Shown in pieces: positions 26,818-35,877 of a stretch of 64,000 bases of DNA. The stretch lies in assembly GCA_964438295.1 (NCBI GenBank), contig CAYTKR010000005.1:11228-75227 (forward strand), in the 5' to 3' direction. The notes beneath the pieces were generated by a model that saw nothing but the letters and a program-made list of their open reading frames with translations, was not told where the DNA came from and searched no databases. The position numbers and the translations under genes are program-made. Origin of the DNA: an uncultured Anaerolineales bacterium (GTDB lineage: Bacteria > Chloroflexota > Anaerolineae > Anaerolineales > UBA11858). Numbering within the stretch: the first letter of the stretch is position 1; each line of letters begins with the position of its first letter.

Positions 26818-29013
26818 TCAAGGCAGCTCAAATTCAATAGTCGGCAACTCTAGAAGGCATATGTGTTCGGGTTCATCTGGGTTTTTCACAAAATCTGCAA
26901 CTACCATCTGCGCACAGGGACTTCCTCCAAGGACTCCGTGTGCCGAGGTTGGGAATTCAACCAAATACCCATTTTCCAGAGACCGGTTGACCAAGTGGGC
27001 CCAATCAGGGGGTGTGACCGGATCATATGCGCCACTGAGTAGCAGAGCAGGTACATCGATGATTTCTTCCAGCGGTTGAGTTTGCAAAGTTTCATCGATA
27101 AGCCAACGACTGCATATATCAACCATGGACTGTTCTGTGAGTTCGAAAAACTCTTTGATCAATGGGGATGTGTATTCACTGGGTGCATGTGTGGCATCTC
27201 TGATGGGATGGTGATCTGCGCACATGACTGCGTAGTAGATGCCCCTATCGACACCTTCAGCAAGACCGAAAATGTTACTCAAGGCTTCTTTGAACAAAGT
27301 GTAATTCCCAGCATGGGTTTCAGTGATCAACTTGGGCAATTGAGGGATCCAATCTGCTCGATACATTGCCCGGTAGAAAGTTTCAATGAAGATGTATTCG
27401 TTGATTACCACATCCTGGCTTCGACCTGTCGAGGGATTCTGGAATTTAATGTTCACAGGTTCAGCGCTGAGAGTTTCCAGCAGCGCGTAGAATTGATCTC
27501 CTAATTCTGGGTATTCTTGCTGGCATAGCTCATCAGCTGCGCAGTTCTCAAACACGTTTTGAAACGCGGATTGAGCAACCTGGCCGCGTTCTGCGAAGAT
27601 GTTTGCACTCGGCGGTAAAACGGAGTCAAGGATCATGCTGCGCACATGGTCAGTTTCACCGTACTGCTCAACGTAAGCCATTGCGAGCTTGCTGCCATAG
27701 GATGTGCCCATCAGGTTGACCTGATCTAAACCCATGGTTGATATTATATTGTGGAGATCATTGATATTCGCTTGGGTGGTATAAGCGGCTAAGTCAATGC
27801 CTGTATTGGTCAATTCTTCACGACAATCATCCATGGTGGTGGCTTCCCAGGCTAGCAGGCTCATATGCAAATCGGTTGCGATGCTCTGGGCATAGTCATC
27901 CACATCACTGGCACAGCTCAGCTTTGGTTCAGCATAGCCGGTTCCACGTTGGTCATATACTACGAAATCTCTATCAGGGAAAAGATATTGATAACCATTG
28001 GCATAGTATGGCGCAATCCAGGCCAAGGCGCCCCCTCCCGGCCCACCATGTAGAAAGATGACCGGGTCAGGTTTGGTTGGATTGGGTGGGTGGAAGACTG
28101 CCACATGGATGCGAATGGTATATCCATTGGGATTGTCAGAATTCTCCGGGATCACCAGATCGCCACAATCGACATCCTGATCTGTTTCGGTGGGAAAGCG
28201 GCATTCAACGGCTTCCAACCCTCCGAGGATGGTTTGGTCGAGTTCTTCAACTCTGGCGGTTGTTTCAGGTTTCGCAATTTCAACCGTCCCCACGATGAAA
28301 CAACGAAAATATTGGCCCTGGCCGATGGTATGGTAACAATACAACCCATCTGCGAGGGGTTTCACCGGCATGATTTCTACTCCCAATTCGGCTTGCTCTA
28401 CCTCAAACTCGATTTCGTCGTATCCGAACAATGTGGGGAAATTTCGCAGCACATCGAAATCGATTTCCTGACCATCACGGTTTACAGTGAGCCGGGTTTT
28501 AGAGCCTAATTTCCCGACGATCAACTCAGCAATTCTGTCGACAGCATTCGCTTCAGTGATGAAATCTTCAAAACGGATACCGTCAGCAGCGATAATGACA
28601 TCATCTGGAAGTAATCCCGCCATCTCAGCCCCAAACCCAGAGCGCGGGTTTTTGATGCGCATCCCCCCAATGTTCTTGTCCATCTCAAAATTGATTCCAA
28701 TACCACCGATCATTTTGCGCAGATGCACACTATAAAGGTTTAGGTTCTCTGGAAGGACTCGTACAGTGGGTTGATTGGTATCTGCGACTGGAACAATATC
28801 CTCTGAAATATGTTCGCTCCCAGAAAGAGATTGGGGATTCAGCAAAACCTGGGTGGTTCCTTGGACCAACTCGAAGGTCTCGCGGCCGTCCGGAGAAACA
28901 TAGGATGTACCTGGTGTGCTCGCGACCTGACTTGTCTTAGGTTCAGATTGCGAGCACGCACTCAAGCCACAATGCAGCAGAGCAATTGCAATGTATAGAG
29001 TGAGATTTTTCAT
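26818..29013 (-). CDS. Lipoprotein with a PDZ domain fused to an S33 alpha/beta-hydrolase (tripeptidyl-aminopeptidase/TAP-like)
   Basis: Lipobox LSAC, PDZ loop GGIGINF...VIIAADG, HGGPGG, nucleophile elbow GTSYG, and a C-terminal TAP-like segment (SGAYDPVTPP...SAHG). Confidence 0.8.
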   Translation of the reverse strand: MKNLTLYIAIALLHCGLSACSQSEPKTSQVASTPGTSYVSPDGRETFELVQGTTQVLLNPQSLSGSEHISEDIVPVADTNQPTVRVLPENLNLYSVHLRKMIGGIGINFEMDKNIGGMRIKNPRSGFGAEMAGLLPDDVIIAADGIRFEDFITEANAVDRIAELIVGKLGSKTRLTVNRDGQEIDFDVLRNFPTLFGYDEIEFEVEQAELGVEIMPVKPLADGLYCYHTIGQGQYFRCFIVGTVEIAKPETTARVEELDQTILGGLEAVECRFPTETDQDVDCGDLVIPENSDNPNGYTIRIHVAVFHPPNPTKPDPVIFLHGGPGGGALAWIAPYYANGYQYLFPDRDFVVYDQRGTGYAEPKLSCASDVDDYAQSIATDLHMSLLAWEATTMDDCREELTNTGIDLAAYTTQANINDLHNIISTMGLDQVNLMGTSYGSKLAMAYVEQYGETDHVRSMILDSVLPPSANIFAERGQVAQSAFQNVFENCAADELCQQEYPELGDQFYALLETLSAEPVNIKFQNPSTGRSQDVVINEYIFIETFYRAMYRADWIPQLPKLITETHAGNYTLFKEALSNIFGLAEGVDRGIYYAVMCADHHPIRDATHAPSEYTSPLIKEFFELTEQSMVDICSRWLIDETLQTQPLEEIIDVPALLLSGAYDPVTPPDWAHLVNRSLENGYLVEFPTSAHGVLGGSPCAQMVVADFVKNPDEPEHICLLELPTIEFELP

Positions 29014-29026
29014 TTGGTCTAAACTG

Positions 29027-30979
29027 CTACTCCAATGGTTCCAGCGAATTTACTATTGGCAAGAATACAAGCTCAAAGAGCTTCGGTTGCTGGGCTTGGG
29101 TGGTGATGATGAATACCACATAATAGCCGTTCTCACTGGGAGCTGTTGCCGTGTAACCTGCCATATTGTAGGTAGAAAGGTCAAGTTCATGCAAAGACCA
29201 ATCGAATCCATTGGCCTGGAGCGTATCGATGGGGTCACTGGCGCCCCATTTTTGCAAGAACACGCTAAGGGGTTCGTCGGTTTTCTCCTTGATTACCAGC
29301 TCGATGGTGGTATCAGGCGAAACAAAATACTCGGGCGCGACTTGCATCCAACCCTCAGGAGCCAACGCCTGAATTCCAAACTCTTCGATGAGAACTGGAG
29401 TGAGGGGGATATCGGCGAAATCGAGCGGCAGAGCGAATTGGAGTTTCAAGTCTTCCCGGCAACTGGCATCAGGTTGGGTGTGGGGGTCAGTCAGGAATGT
29501 AAAAGTGATGCCCCGAGCGCATTCGTTGGCGACGGCAACGCTGTGGCCCACGCTGGGGAAATCGAAGAAATAACTGTTGTTCAGGTGTTCGGCAACCATA
29601 CGCCCATATTCGGGGGGCGTGACCGGGTCGAATTCGCCGCCCAGGATCAGCGTGGGGATATCGCTAACAACTGGCTGGCGGACTGCGGGATCGGCTTTCT
29701 CTACAGGCCAGTTCTCACAAATGCCAAAATACCCGTATTCGATCAAATCCTCTGGATCAGTATTACCCGCCAGAGCTGGGGGCATAGCGGCGCGGATTTC
29801 CAGGTAATCCTGAGGGGTGCGTTCAATCAGGTCATCGGTGCAGAGCACGGAAAAGCTCATGCCTCGGCTCAGGGCATCGTAGGCAGCTAATTTGCGGCTG
29901 CTGAGTTGGATCATCAGATCGTAATCGCCATTGGCAACATTGTAGATGGCTTGCGGCAGAGTTGGAATAATGGGAGTTTGGTAGAGGAAGTACACCAGGT
30001 TCCCAAAGATCATATCCCCACTCATCAGGGCTGCGTGGCTCTGGCCATCTAGGGGATTGACCAGCGTAACCGGGACGGGTTCCGCATTGAGCTCTTCCAC
30101 CAGATCGTAGAGCACATTCTCCAGGTCGGGGAAGGCGCTGTTGCAAGCTTCATCGGCGGCGCACGAATCCATCAGGTGCAGGGTAGCATTCACTGCGGTG
30201 GTGGGGATATCGATGAGCAAACTCTTCTCCATTGGCACGGTCGAATCGATCACCACGCTGCGGATGTATTCGGGGAAATCACGCATCACCGCCTGTGCCA
30301 GCAGCGAGCCATAAGAGCCACCGAATAGGTTGATCTGCTCGTACCCCAAAGCCATACGGATACCTTCTACATCAGCCGCGTTTTGGGCCGTGGTGTATGC
30401 AGCCAGGTTGTGGCCTTCATCTATTAAGCGTTCTTTACAACGCATGACAGATTTAAATACGGTTTGTTGAGCGACCGACAGATCGGCCTCATCCAATGTT
30501 TCGAAGAGCGCATCGACGAACTCTGGGCATTCCAATGCAGGTTGAGAATTACCCACGCCGCGTTGGTCGAAAAATACCAAATCGCGATTGGCGTTGAAAG
30601 CGGCCAGGTGGATTGCCAATGCAGCGGCTGATGCAACTGTCTTCTCCCCCGGCCCACCGGAGAGGAAGATCATCGGATCGGGTTGATTATTTTCACCTTG
30701 CGCTCTGAAAATTGCCACGGCCAGTTTGATAGTGGGCCCTGCAGGGTCATCGTGGTCTTCGGGGATGACGACAAAGCCGCATTGTAGAGTCTCGCCTTCG
30801 ATAAATTCAGATGGAACCTGGAAAGGACAATCTGTTTCTTCAAAATAGGGTTGGAACTGGGATTTTGACTCAATCGCAGTACGTGAGCTTGGTTGAGCGG
30901 ACGATATTGAGGTGGGTTGCTGCCATGGCGATAAGGTAAGCGTCATCCCAAGCAGGGCAACGATGATTCTGGATATCAT
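29027..30979 (-). CDS. Secreted S33 alpha/beta-hydrolase (TAP-like aminopeptidase), a paralog of the upstream gene
   Basis: Signal peptide, SGGPGE, nucleophile elbow GGSYG and a C-terminal GGEFDPVTPP...VGHS. Confidence 0.8.
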   Translation of the reverse strand: MISRIIVALLGMTLTLSPWQQPTSISSAQPSSRTAIESKSQFQPYFEETDCPFQVPSEFIEGETLQCGFVVIPEDHDDPAGPTIKLAVAIFRAQGENNQPDPMIFLSGGPGEKTVASAAALAIHLAAFNANRDLVFFDQRGVGNSQPALECPEFVDALFETLDEADLSVAQQTVFKSVMRCKERLIDEGHNLAAYTTAQNAADVEGIRMALGYEQINLFGGSYGSLLAQAVMRDFPEYIRSVVIDSTVPMEKSLLIDIPTTAVNATLHLMDSCAADEACNSAFPDLENVLYDLVEELNAEPVPVTLVNPLDGQSHAALMSGDMIFGNLVYFLYQTPIIPTLPQAIYNVANGDYDLMIQLSSRKLAAYDALSRGMSFSVLCTDDLIERTPQDYLEIRAAMPPALAGNTDPEDLIEYGYFGICENWPVEKADPAVRQPVVSDIPTLILGGEFDPVTPPEYGRMVAEHLNNSYFFDFPSVGHSVAVANECARGITFTFLTDPHTQPDASCREDLKLQFALPLDFADIPLTPVLIEEFGIQALAPEGWMQVAPEYFVSPDTTIELVIKEKTDEPLSVFLQKWGASDPIDTLQANGFDWSLHELDLSTYNMAGYTATAPSENGYYVVFIITTQAQQPKLFELVFLPIVNSLEPLE

Positions 30980-31033
30980 GGGTGGTTCTCCTAAAGATAT
31001 TTATTATGGGTACGTTTGATGAAAATGGTTGGT

Positions 31034-31363
31034 TCAATCTGGCAGATCTTCAAGGACTTGCTGGATCTGCTCCTTATACTGCTGGAATGCCTCTCTGCCC
31101 TTATCAGATAACTGAACCATCGTGTGAGATTTCTTTTGGACGAAAGTTTTCTCGATTTCTACATATCCGGCTTCTTCCAGTTTGCTCAAATGGGATGAGA
31201 GATTTCCCCAGGTCAGATCGGTCAAATTCATCAGGAAGATGAAGTCGGCGCTTTCGACTACATAGAGGTAGGTCATCACCATCAGTCGGGCTGGGGCGTG
31301 GATGACGCGGTCAATATCCGCCAGGGGATGCAGTTCCTGGTCGCTTTTCCCTTGCGCCGTCAT
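31034..31363 (-). CDS. Winged-helix (HTH_34-like) transcriptional regulator
   Basis: IHAPARLMVMTYLYVVESADFIFL...WGNLSSHLSKLEEAGYV. It is a paralog of 18153-18488. Confidence 0.75.
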   Translation of the reverse strand: MTAQGKSDQELHPLADIDRVIHAPARLMVMTYLYVVESADFIFLMNLTDLTWGNLSSHLSKLEEAGYVEIEKTFVQKKSHTMVQLSDKGREAFQQYKEQIQQVLEDLPD

Positions 31364-31364
31364 C

Positions 31365-32015
31365 TTAATGCGCCTCCATTGGCGTCGAATTGTTATTCAG
31401 AAAGCGTATCAGCAAAAATATCCCGATCCCAAGAATGACCAAACCGGCGATGGCCAGGGGGAAATCGAATTGCTTTCCATAGTACACCGATTGAATTGTT
31501 GAGATCAGAATCCCGATTCCAATCAGCAAGCCATAAAGATAGAAACGAAATATGCGAAAGGAATATGCCAGCACACAGAAGAAGGCGATGATCAGGATTG
31601 AGAAGACGATATCAACATCGAAGTCAGTCACCCATTGCGGTAGTCGCTCCCAAACCGGCTCTTGAAGCACATCTTGTGCAGAGAGAGTCCAGGTAGCTAA
31701 GGTGGCAATCACTAAAACAACGATGAGAATCAGCGCAATCCGCAGGCGTTGTTTGACCTGCGGGCCAAACCTGACCAGGCCAATCCGTTGGGGTACGAGG
31801 CGGTTTTTGATGAAGCTTATCGCTCCCACAACAATCAGGGTCGCGCTGATAATGAAAATGGCGTTGAGCACGGGTCCAAGTGCGCTGCGGGTCATGGAAT
31901 ACACACTTAACAATATCAAAACCATCCCAAGCGAGATGTCATTTAAGCCATCGGTATAGGTAGCTAATTTGAAGGTGCTGCGTTCAGCTTCTTTTAGATT
32001 TATTTTTGTAGACAT
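31365..32015 (-). CDS. Polytopic membrane protein, paralog of 18478-19122
   Basis: N-terminal LKEAERSTFKLATYTDGL and about 6 TM helices. The ATG is at 32015 with an AGGGAG RBS. Confidence 0.7.
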   Translation of the reverse strand: MSTKINLKEAERSTFKLATYTDGLNDISLGMVLILLSVYSMTRSALGPVLNAIFIISATLIVVGAISFIKNRLVPQRIGLVRFGPQVKQRLRIALILIVVLVIATLATWTLSAQDVLQEPVWERLPQWVTDFDVDIVFSILIIAFFCVLAYSFRIFRFYLYGLLIGIGILISTIQSVYYGKQFDFPLAIAGLVILGIGIFLLIRFLNNNSTPMEAH

Positions 32016-32034
32016 CAATTACTCCCTTTGTTGA

Positions 32035-32667
32035 TTAGCTCATTGCCGAAGGATCCATAATTGGATATTCGCGCAAGAATCGGGCGAAGAGCCATATTCC
32101 GATAATGATCATTATGCTGCCAGAAAACCCAAAAGTGATCGGAAATCCATGGTGCATCACACCCCAGTTTAGGTATAACACTTGCCCGACGAGTGGGGAA
32201 AGCGCAGTGAAAATTCCGTACACAATCAGACGAGGATAATCCAAAAAGTACGCTGCGCCGCCAAATGCCGCCATAGCGACAATGCTGAAGACGGCCGGGA
32301 AGAACCACTCGCTGAAGTCATCTCCAACGAACAGAAGCAACCCAAATACCAAACCCAAAAGTAATGTCCCCGTAGTGATCAGGGTCAATTTTTGAATCTT
32401 AGATTTCCTCTCGCTGCGATAAGTCACCAGTCCAACTCGAGGTGTTGTGACGGTTCGCTTTAAGGTGCGCACCCCCCAAATGGCCAGCAAATATACCGGC
32501 AGCATGACCATCGAGCTCCAAAAATCACCCCAGCCCAAGTCGGTTAGCAGGGGAACCAGGGCAAATTGCAAGATCACAAGTCCCAAGAAGATATCCCACA
32601 ATCCATCTTGGAAGGTCATGCGGAAGGCTTTGCGTTCGGCTTCTTTCAAACTTAACTTCTTTTTCAT
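32035..32667 (-). CDS. Polytopic membrane protein, paralog of 18478-19122
   Basis: N-terminal LKEAERKAFRMTFQDGL and about 6 TM helices. The ATG is at 32667 with a GGAG RBS; the track's TTG start lies inside the RBS. Confidence 0.7.
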   Translation of the reverse strand: MKKKLSLKEAERKAFRMTFQDGLWDIFLGLVILQFALVPLLTDLGWGDFWSSMVMLPVYLLAIWGVRTLKRTVTTPRVGLVTYRSERKSKIQKLTLITTGTLLLGLVFGLLLFVGDDFSEWFFPAVFSIVAMAAFGGAAYFLDYPRLIVYGIFTALSPLVGQVLYLNWGVMHHGFPITFGFSGSIMIIIGIWLFARFLREYPIMDPSAMS

Positions 32668-32786
32668 ATCAATCTCCAACTACAGTGTTGTGGTTTGTAA
32701 AGTGCTTTGTTTTTCAAAGTACTCTGTGATTATTATACATTTTCTTCTAACGATGTCAAGAGGCTTTTGCGATATAATGCCAAACT

Positions 32787-34085
32787 ATGCAAAGAAGAAG
32801 GTTATTAATTGCTTTGATCGCCATTCCTGCCTTGTTGGTGGTGGCAGTTCTCCTTTATAACTATCCACCGATCAACGAGCGTTTGGCCTGGCGCATCGAT
32901 GCCTGGAAAGCGGAGATCAAATATGCGCTCAATCCTCCCGAGGAAGCCCTTTTCATTCCAGAAGGTGGGCAAGAGACCACATTGATACCGACGGAAACAC
33001 CCAGCCCCACGCCCATCCCGCCGACCGTTGCAGCAACCCCCACTGAAACAGGACCAACCGAAACACATCCTCCTTCTCCTACGTCAACGATTACTTCGAC
33101 ACCCATCCCTGGCAAAGTCAATCTGGGGGGCATCCGGCACGAATTCCAACACTGGAATAATTGTGGCCCGGCCAATCTTTCCATGGCCTTATCGTTTTGG
33201 AAATGGAACGGAGACCAGCGCGACACCGCCGCTTACTTGAAACCCAATCAGCGTGACAAGAACGTCATGCCATATGAGATGGTGGCCTTCGTCAACGAAG
33301 AGACCGAGTTCAACGCTCTGTGGCGGGTGGGTGGTGATTTGGATCTTTTGAAACGTTTAATCGCCGCGGGTTTCCCCGTGATCGTTGAAAAAGGCTTCGA
33401 AGGTGCGGGTTTCGAAGGCTGGATGGGGCATTACGAGGTCATCAACGCTTATGATGACTCCCGCGAACGCTTCACAGCCCAGGATTCGTTTATCATGGAG
33501 AATCTGCCAGTTTCTTATGAAGATATGCAGAAGTATTGGCGGAACTTCAACTACACCTATATCGTTGTGTATTATCCGGCTCGTGAGGCGGAGGTCATGG
33601 AAATCCTCGGGCCTCATGCTGAAGAAACCTATAACTTCCAGTACGCGGCTCAAAAGGCCTCGGACGAGATCTTTACCCTAGAGGGTCGCGAAAAGGCTTT
33701 TGCCTGGTTCAATCGGGGCACGAATCTGGTGTACCTCGATGACTATGCTGGAGCCGCGGCAGCGTATGATGAATTCTTTGCCCTATATGCGGGTCTCAAT
33801 CCCGAAGAGGTCAATGTCCCCTGGCGAATGGTCTGGTACCAGACCGGACCCTATTGGGCATATTTCTACTCCGGACGCTATTACGATGTACTCAACCTGG
33901 CCACCACCACTATCGTTGCGGCCAGCGAACCGGCTATCGAAGAAACCTGGTATTGGCGCGCCCTGGCCAAGGAAGCCTTAGGCGATATCGATGGGGCAAT
34001 TGCTGATCTGAGCGAGGCCGTAAAGCTCAACGACAACTTCGAAATCGGTTGGTATCATTTGAACCGTATCCAGGGTGGTGGATAA
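32787..34085 (+). CDS. Membrane-anchored C39-like cysteine peptidase domain protein with C-terminal TPR
   Basis: An N-terminal TM helix, a Pro/Thr-rich linker, QHWNNCGPANLSMAL (C39-like catalytic Cys context) and C-terminal TPR-like repeats. Confidence 0.6.
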   Translation: MQRRRLLIALIAIPALLVVAVLLYNYPPINERLAWRIDAWKAEIKYALNPPEEALFIPEGGQETTLIPTETPSPTPIPPTVAATPTETGPTETHPPSPTSTITSTPIPGKVNLGGIRHEFQHWNNCGPANLSMALSFWKWNGDQRDTAAYLKPNQRDKNVMPYEMVAFVNEETEFNALWRVGGDLDLLKRLIAAGFPVIVEKGFEGAGFEGWMGHYEVINAYDDSRERFTAQDSFIMENLPVSYEDMQKYWRNFNYTYIVVYYPAREAEVMEILGPHAEETYNFQYAAQKASDEIFTLEGREKAFAWFNRGTNLVYLDDYAGAAAAYDEFFALYAGLNPEEVNVPWRMVWYQTGPYWAYFYSGRYYDVLNLATTTIVAASEPAIEETWYWRALAKEALGDIDGAIADLSEAVKLNDNFEIGWYHLNRIQGGG

Positions 34086-34177
34086 GCCAAATTCAATGTA
34101 ACCTTTTTCACATGTTTGCATCTAAACCAGATAGCCAGTAGGTAGCTATCGGGTTACTTCTTATTTTGGAGGAATGT

Positions 34178-34387
34178 ATGCCGATTTTCGAATTTGTTTG
34201 TGAAGAATGCGGGCAGTTTTTTGAAGAACTGGTGCGCAGCGCCAATTCCATCAGCGAGGTGATTTGCCCTGGATGTCAGAGTGAGCGAGTGACGAAGAAA
34301 CTCTCTACGTTTGCGTCTAAGGTTGCTGGTGGGAATTCATTTTCACCCAGCCAGGTTGCACCGTCTTGTAGTCCAGGGGGTCTCTGA
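34178..34387 (+). CDS. FmdB-family zinc-ribbon protein
   Basis: MPIFEFVCEECG...CPGCQS (CxxC-CxxC). GGAGG lies 5 nt upstream of the ATG at 34178. Confidence 0.8.
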   Translation: MPIFEFVCEECGQFFEELVRSANSISEVICPGCQSERVTKKLSTFASKVAGGNSFSPSQVAPSCSPGGL

Positions 34388-34423
34388 GGAATATAGTGTA
34401 ATCAACCGTGAGTTGATAGAGTT

Positions 34424-34468
34424 AAAAACAGATGCGTGCGGCGCAAAGCGCTGCACGCATCTGTTTTT
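34424..34468 (+). terminator. Rho-independent terminator
   Basis: AAAAACAGATGCGTGCgGCGC-aaa-GCGCtGCACGCATCTGTTTTT, a 21-bp stem with 1 mismatch and a T-run. Confidence 0.8.
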
Positions 34469-34523
34469 AACCATGCATCAAATAGCAACTTTCCACATGG
34501 TAGAATCATTCGAGATAATTGCC

Positions 34524-35774
34524 ATGACCAAAATTCTCCATTTTGCCGACGCGCATATTGATATGGCCACTTATGGCCGCCATGACCCAGAGAGTGGATT
34601 GCCCCTGCGAGTGATGGATTACCTCAAATCCCTGGACACCATCGTCGATGCGGCCATTGATAGGCAAGTCGACTTGGTGCTTTTCGCGGGGGATGCGTAC
34701 AAGGATCGCAATCCGGCTCCGACGTATCAACGCGAGTGGGGAAAACGCATCATGCGCCTCTCACAAGCCGGGATTCAAACCCTGCTGCTGGTCGGCAACC
34801 ACGATCTCTCCCCGGCGATGAACCGCGCCCACGCCCTGACGGAGTTCTTAACTTTGCAGGTACCGCATGTGCAGGTCCTCGACCGGCCGAATTTTCTGAC
34901 CCCGGATGAATTGGGTGGAGTGCCCTTACAAGTATTGGCGATCCCCTGGATCTCACGTTCAGGAATGATGGCACATTTGGATATCCAAGGACGCGATCTA
35001 TCTCAAATCTATGTGGAACTCGAAGAGCGCTTGACAGAGCTAGTGCACCACTGGCTCGATGAGGCTGACCAAAATCTCCCCATCATCCTGACTGCTCACG
35101 CCTCGGTCCAGGGAGCCAAATATGGTGGTGAGCGCACGGTCATGCTGGGCGGAGATTTGGTGCTGCCAGGTTCCCTGGTCAGAGATCAGCGTTTGGATTA
35201 TGTAGCTCTCGGTCACATCCACAAACCCCAAAACTTGACCAAGGATAGCAAAGCGAACCCATCAGATCCCCCTCCTGTAGTTTATCCTGGCTCCATCGAG
35301 CGTGTGGATTTTGGGGAGGCCGAGGACGATAAGTTTTACGTGATTGCCGAGGTCGAGAAGGGAACTGCAGAGGTAACCTGGCACCAACTCACCAGCATCC
35401 GCCCCTTTGTAGACCGGTTCATCTGTCTCGAATCTCAGGAAGGGATCAACGATCAATTGCGTGGAGCGTTACCATCAAAAGCAAAACTCAAAGATGCCAT
35501 CGTCCGCCTGGTTCTAGAGTATCCGCGCGAGTGGGAGTCGCTGATCGATGAGGCATCCTTGCGGGAACATGCTGCCGAAGCCTTCGAGTTTCATCTGGTC
35601 AAACGACCCCAGCAAGAAAACCGCATCCGCTTGCCTGAAGACCAGACGGTTGGAAAGCTCTCCTCTCAAGAATTGTTGGAGATTTACTGGAAAGCGAATC
35701 ATATTGAACCAGATGAAATCAGGGAACTTCAAAATCTGGCATCTGAGATCATACAGGAATCCACTGAGCGCTAG
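34524..35774 (+). CDS. sbcD: SbcD/Mre11-family nuclease
   Basis: Calcineurin-like phosphoesterase motifs ILHFADAHID, FAGDAYKD, GNHD, TAHASVQG and GHIH. The start was moved to the ATG at 34524, downstream of the terminator. Confidence 0.75.
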   Translation: MTKILHFADAHIDMATYGRHDPESGLPLRVMDYLKSLDTIVDAAIDRQVDLVLFAGDAYKDRNPAPTYQREWGKRIMRLSQAGIQTLLLVGNHDLSPAMNRAHALTEFLTLQVPHVQVLDRPNFLTPDELGGVPLQVLAIPWISRSGMMAHLDIQGRDLSQIYVELEERLTELVHHWLDEADQNLPIILTAHASVQGAKYGGERTVMLGGDLVLPGSLVRDQRLDYVALGHIHKPQNLTKDSKANPSDPPPVVYPGSIERVDFGEAEDDKFYVIAEVEKGTAEVTWHQLTSIRPFVDRFICLESQEGINDQLRGALPSKAKLKDAIVRLVLEYPREWESLIDEASLREHAAEAFEFHLVKRPQQENRIRLPEDQTVGKLSSQELLEIYWKANHIEPDEIRELQNLASEIIQESTER

Positions 35775-35877
35775 CCTGGGCGTCCTCAACTTTATCCAGA
35801 TTACGCCAACCTACTAAGCAATGATCAACCCTGTACAAGATCCGAATCTTATTATTGGTATAAATTGGAGATAAACG

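Noticed and set aside
28991-29890. 299-aa plus-strand ORF in the track
   Set aside because: It is entirely antisense to the S33 peptidase gene 29027-30979, whose catalytic motifs are intact. It has no RBS and no recognisable motifs, and its composition is typical of a shadow ORF.
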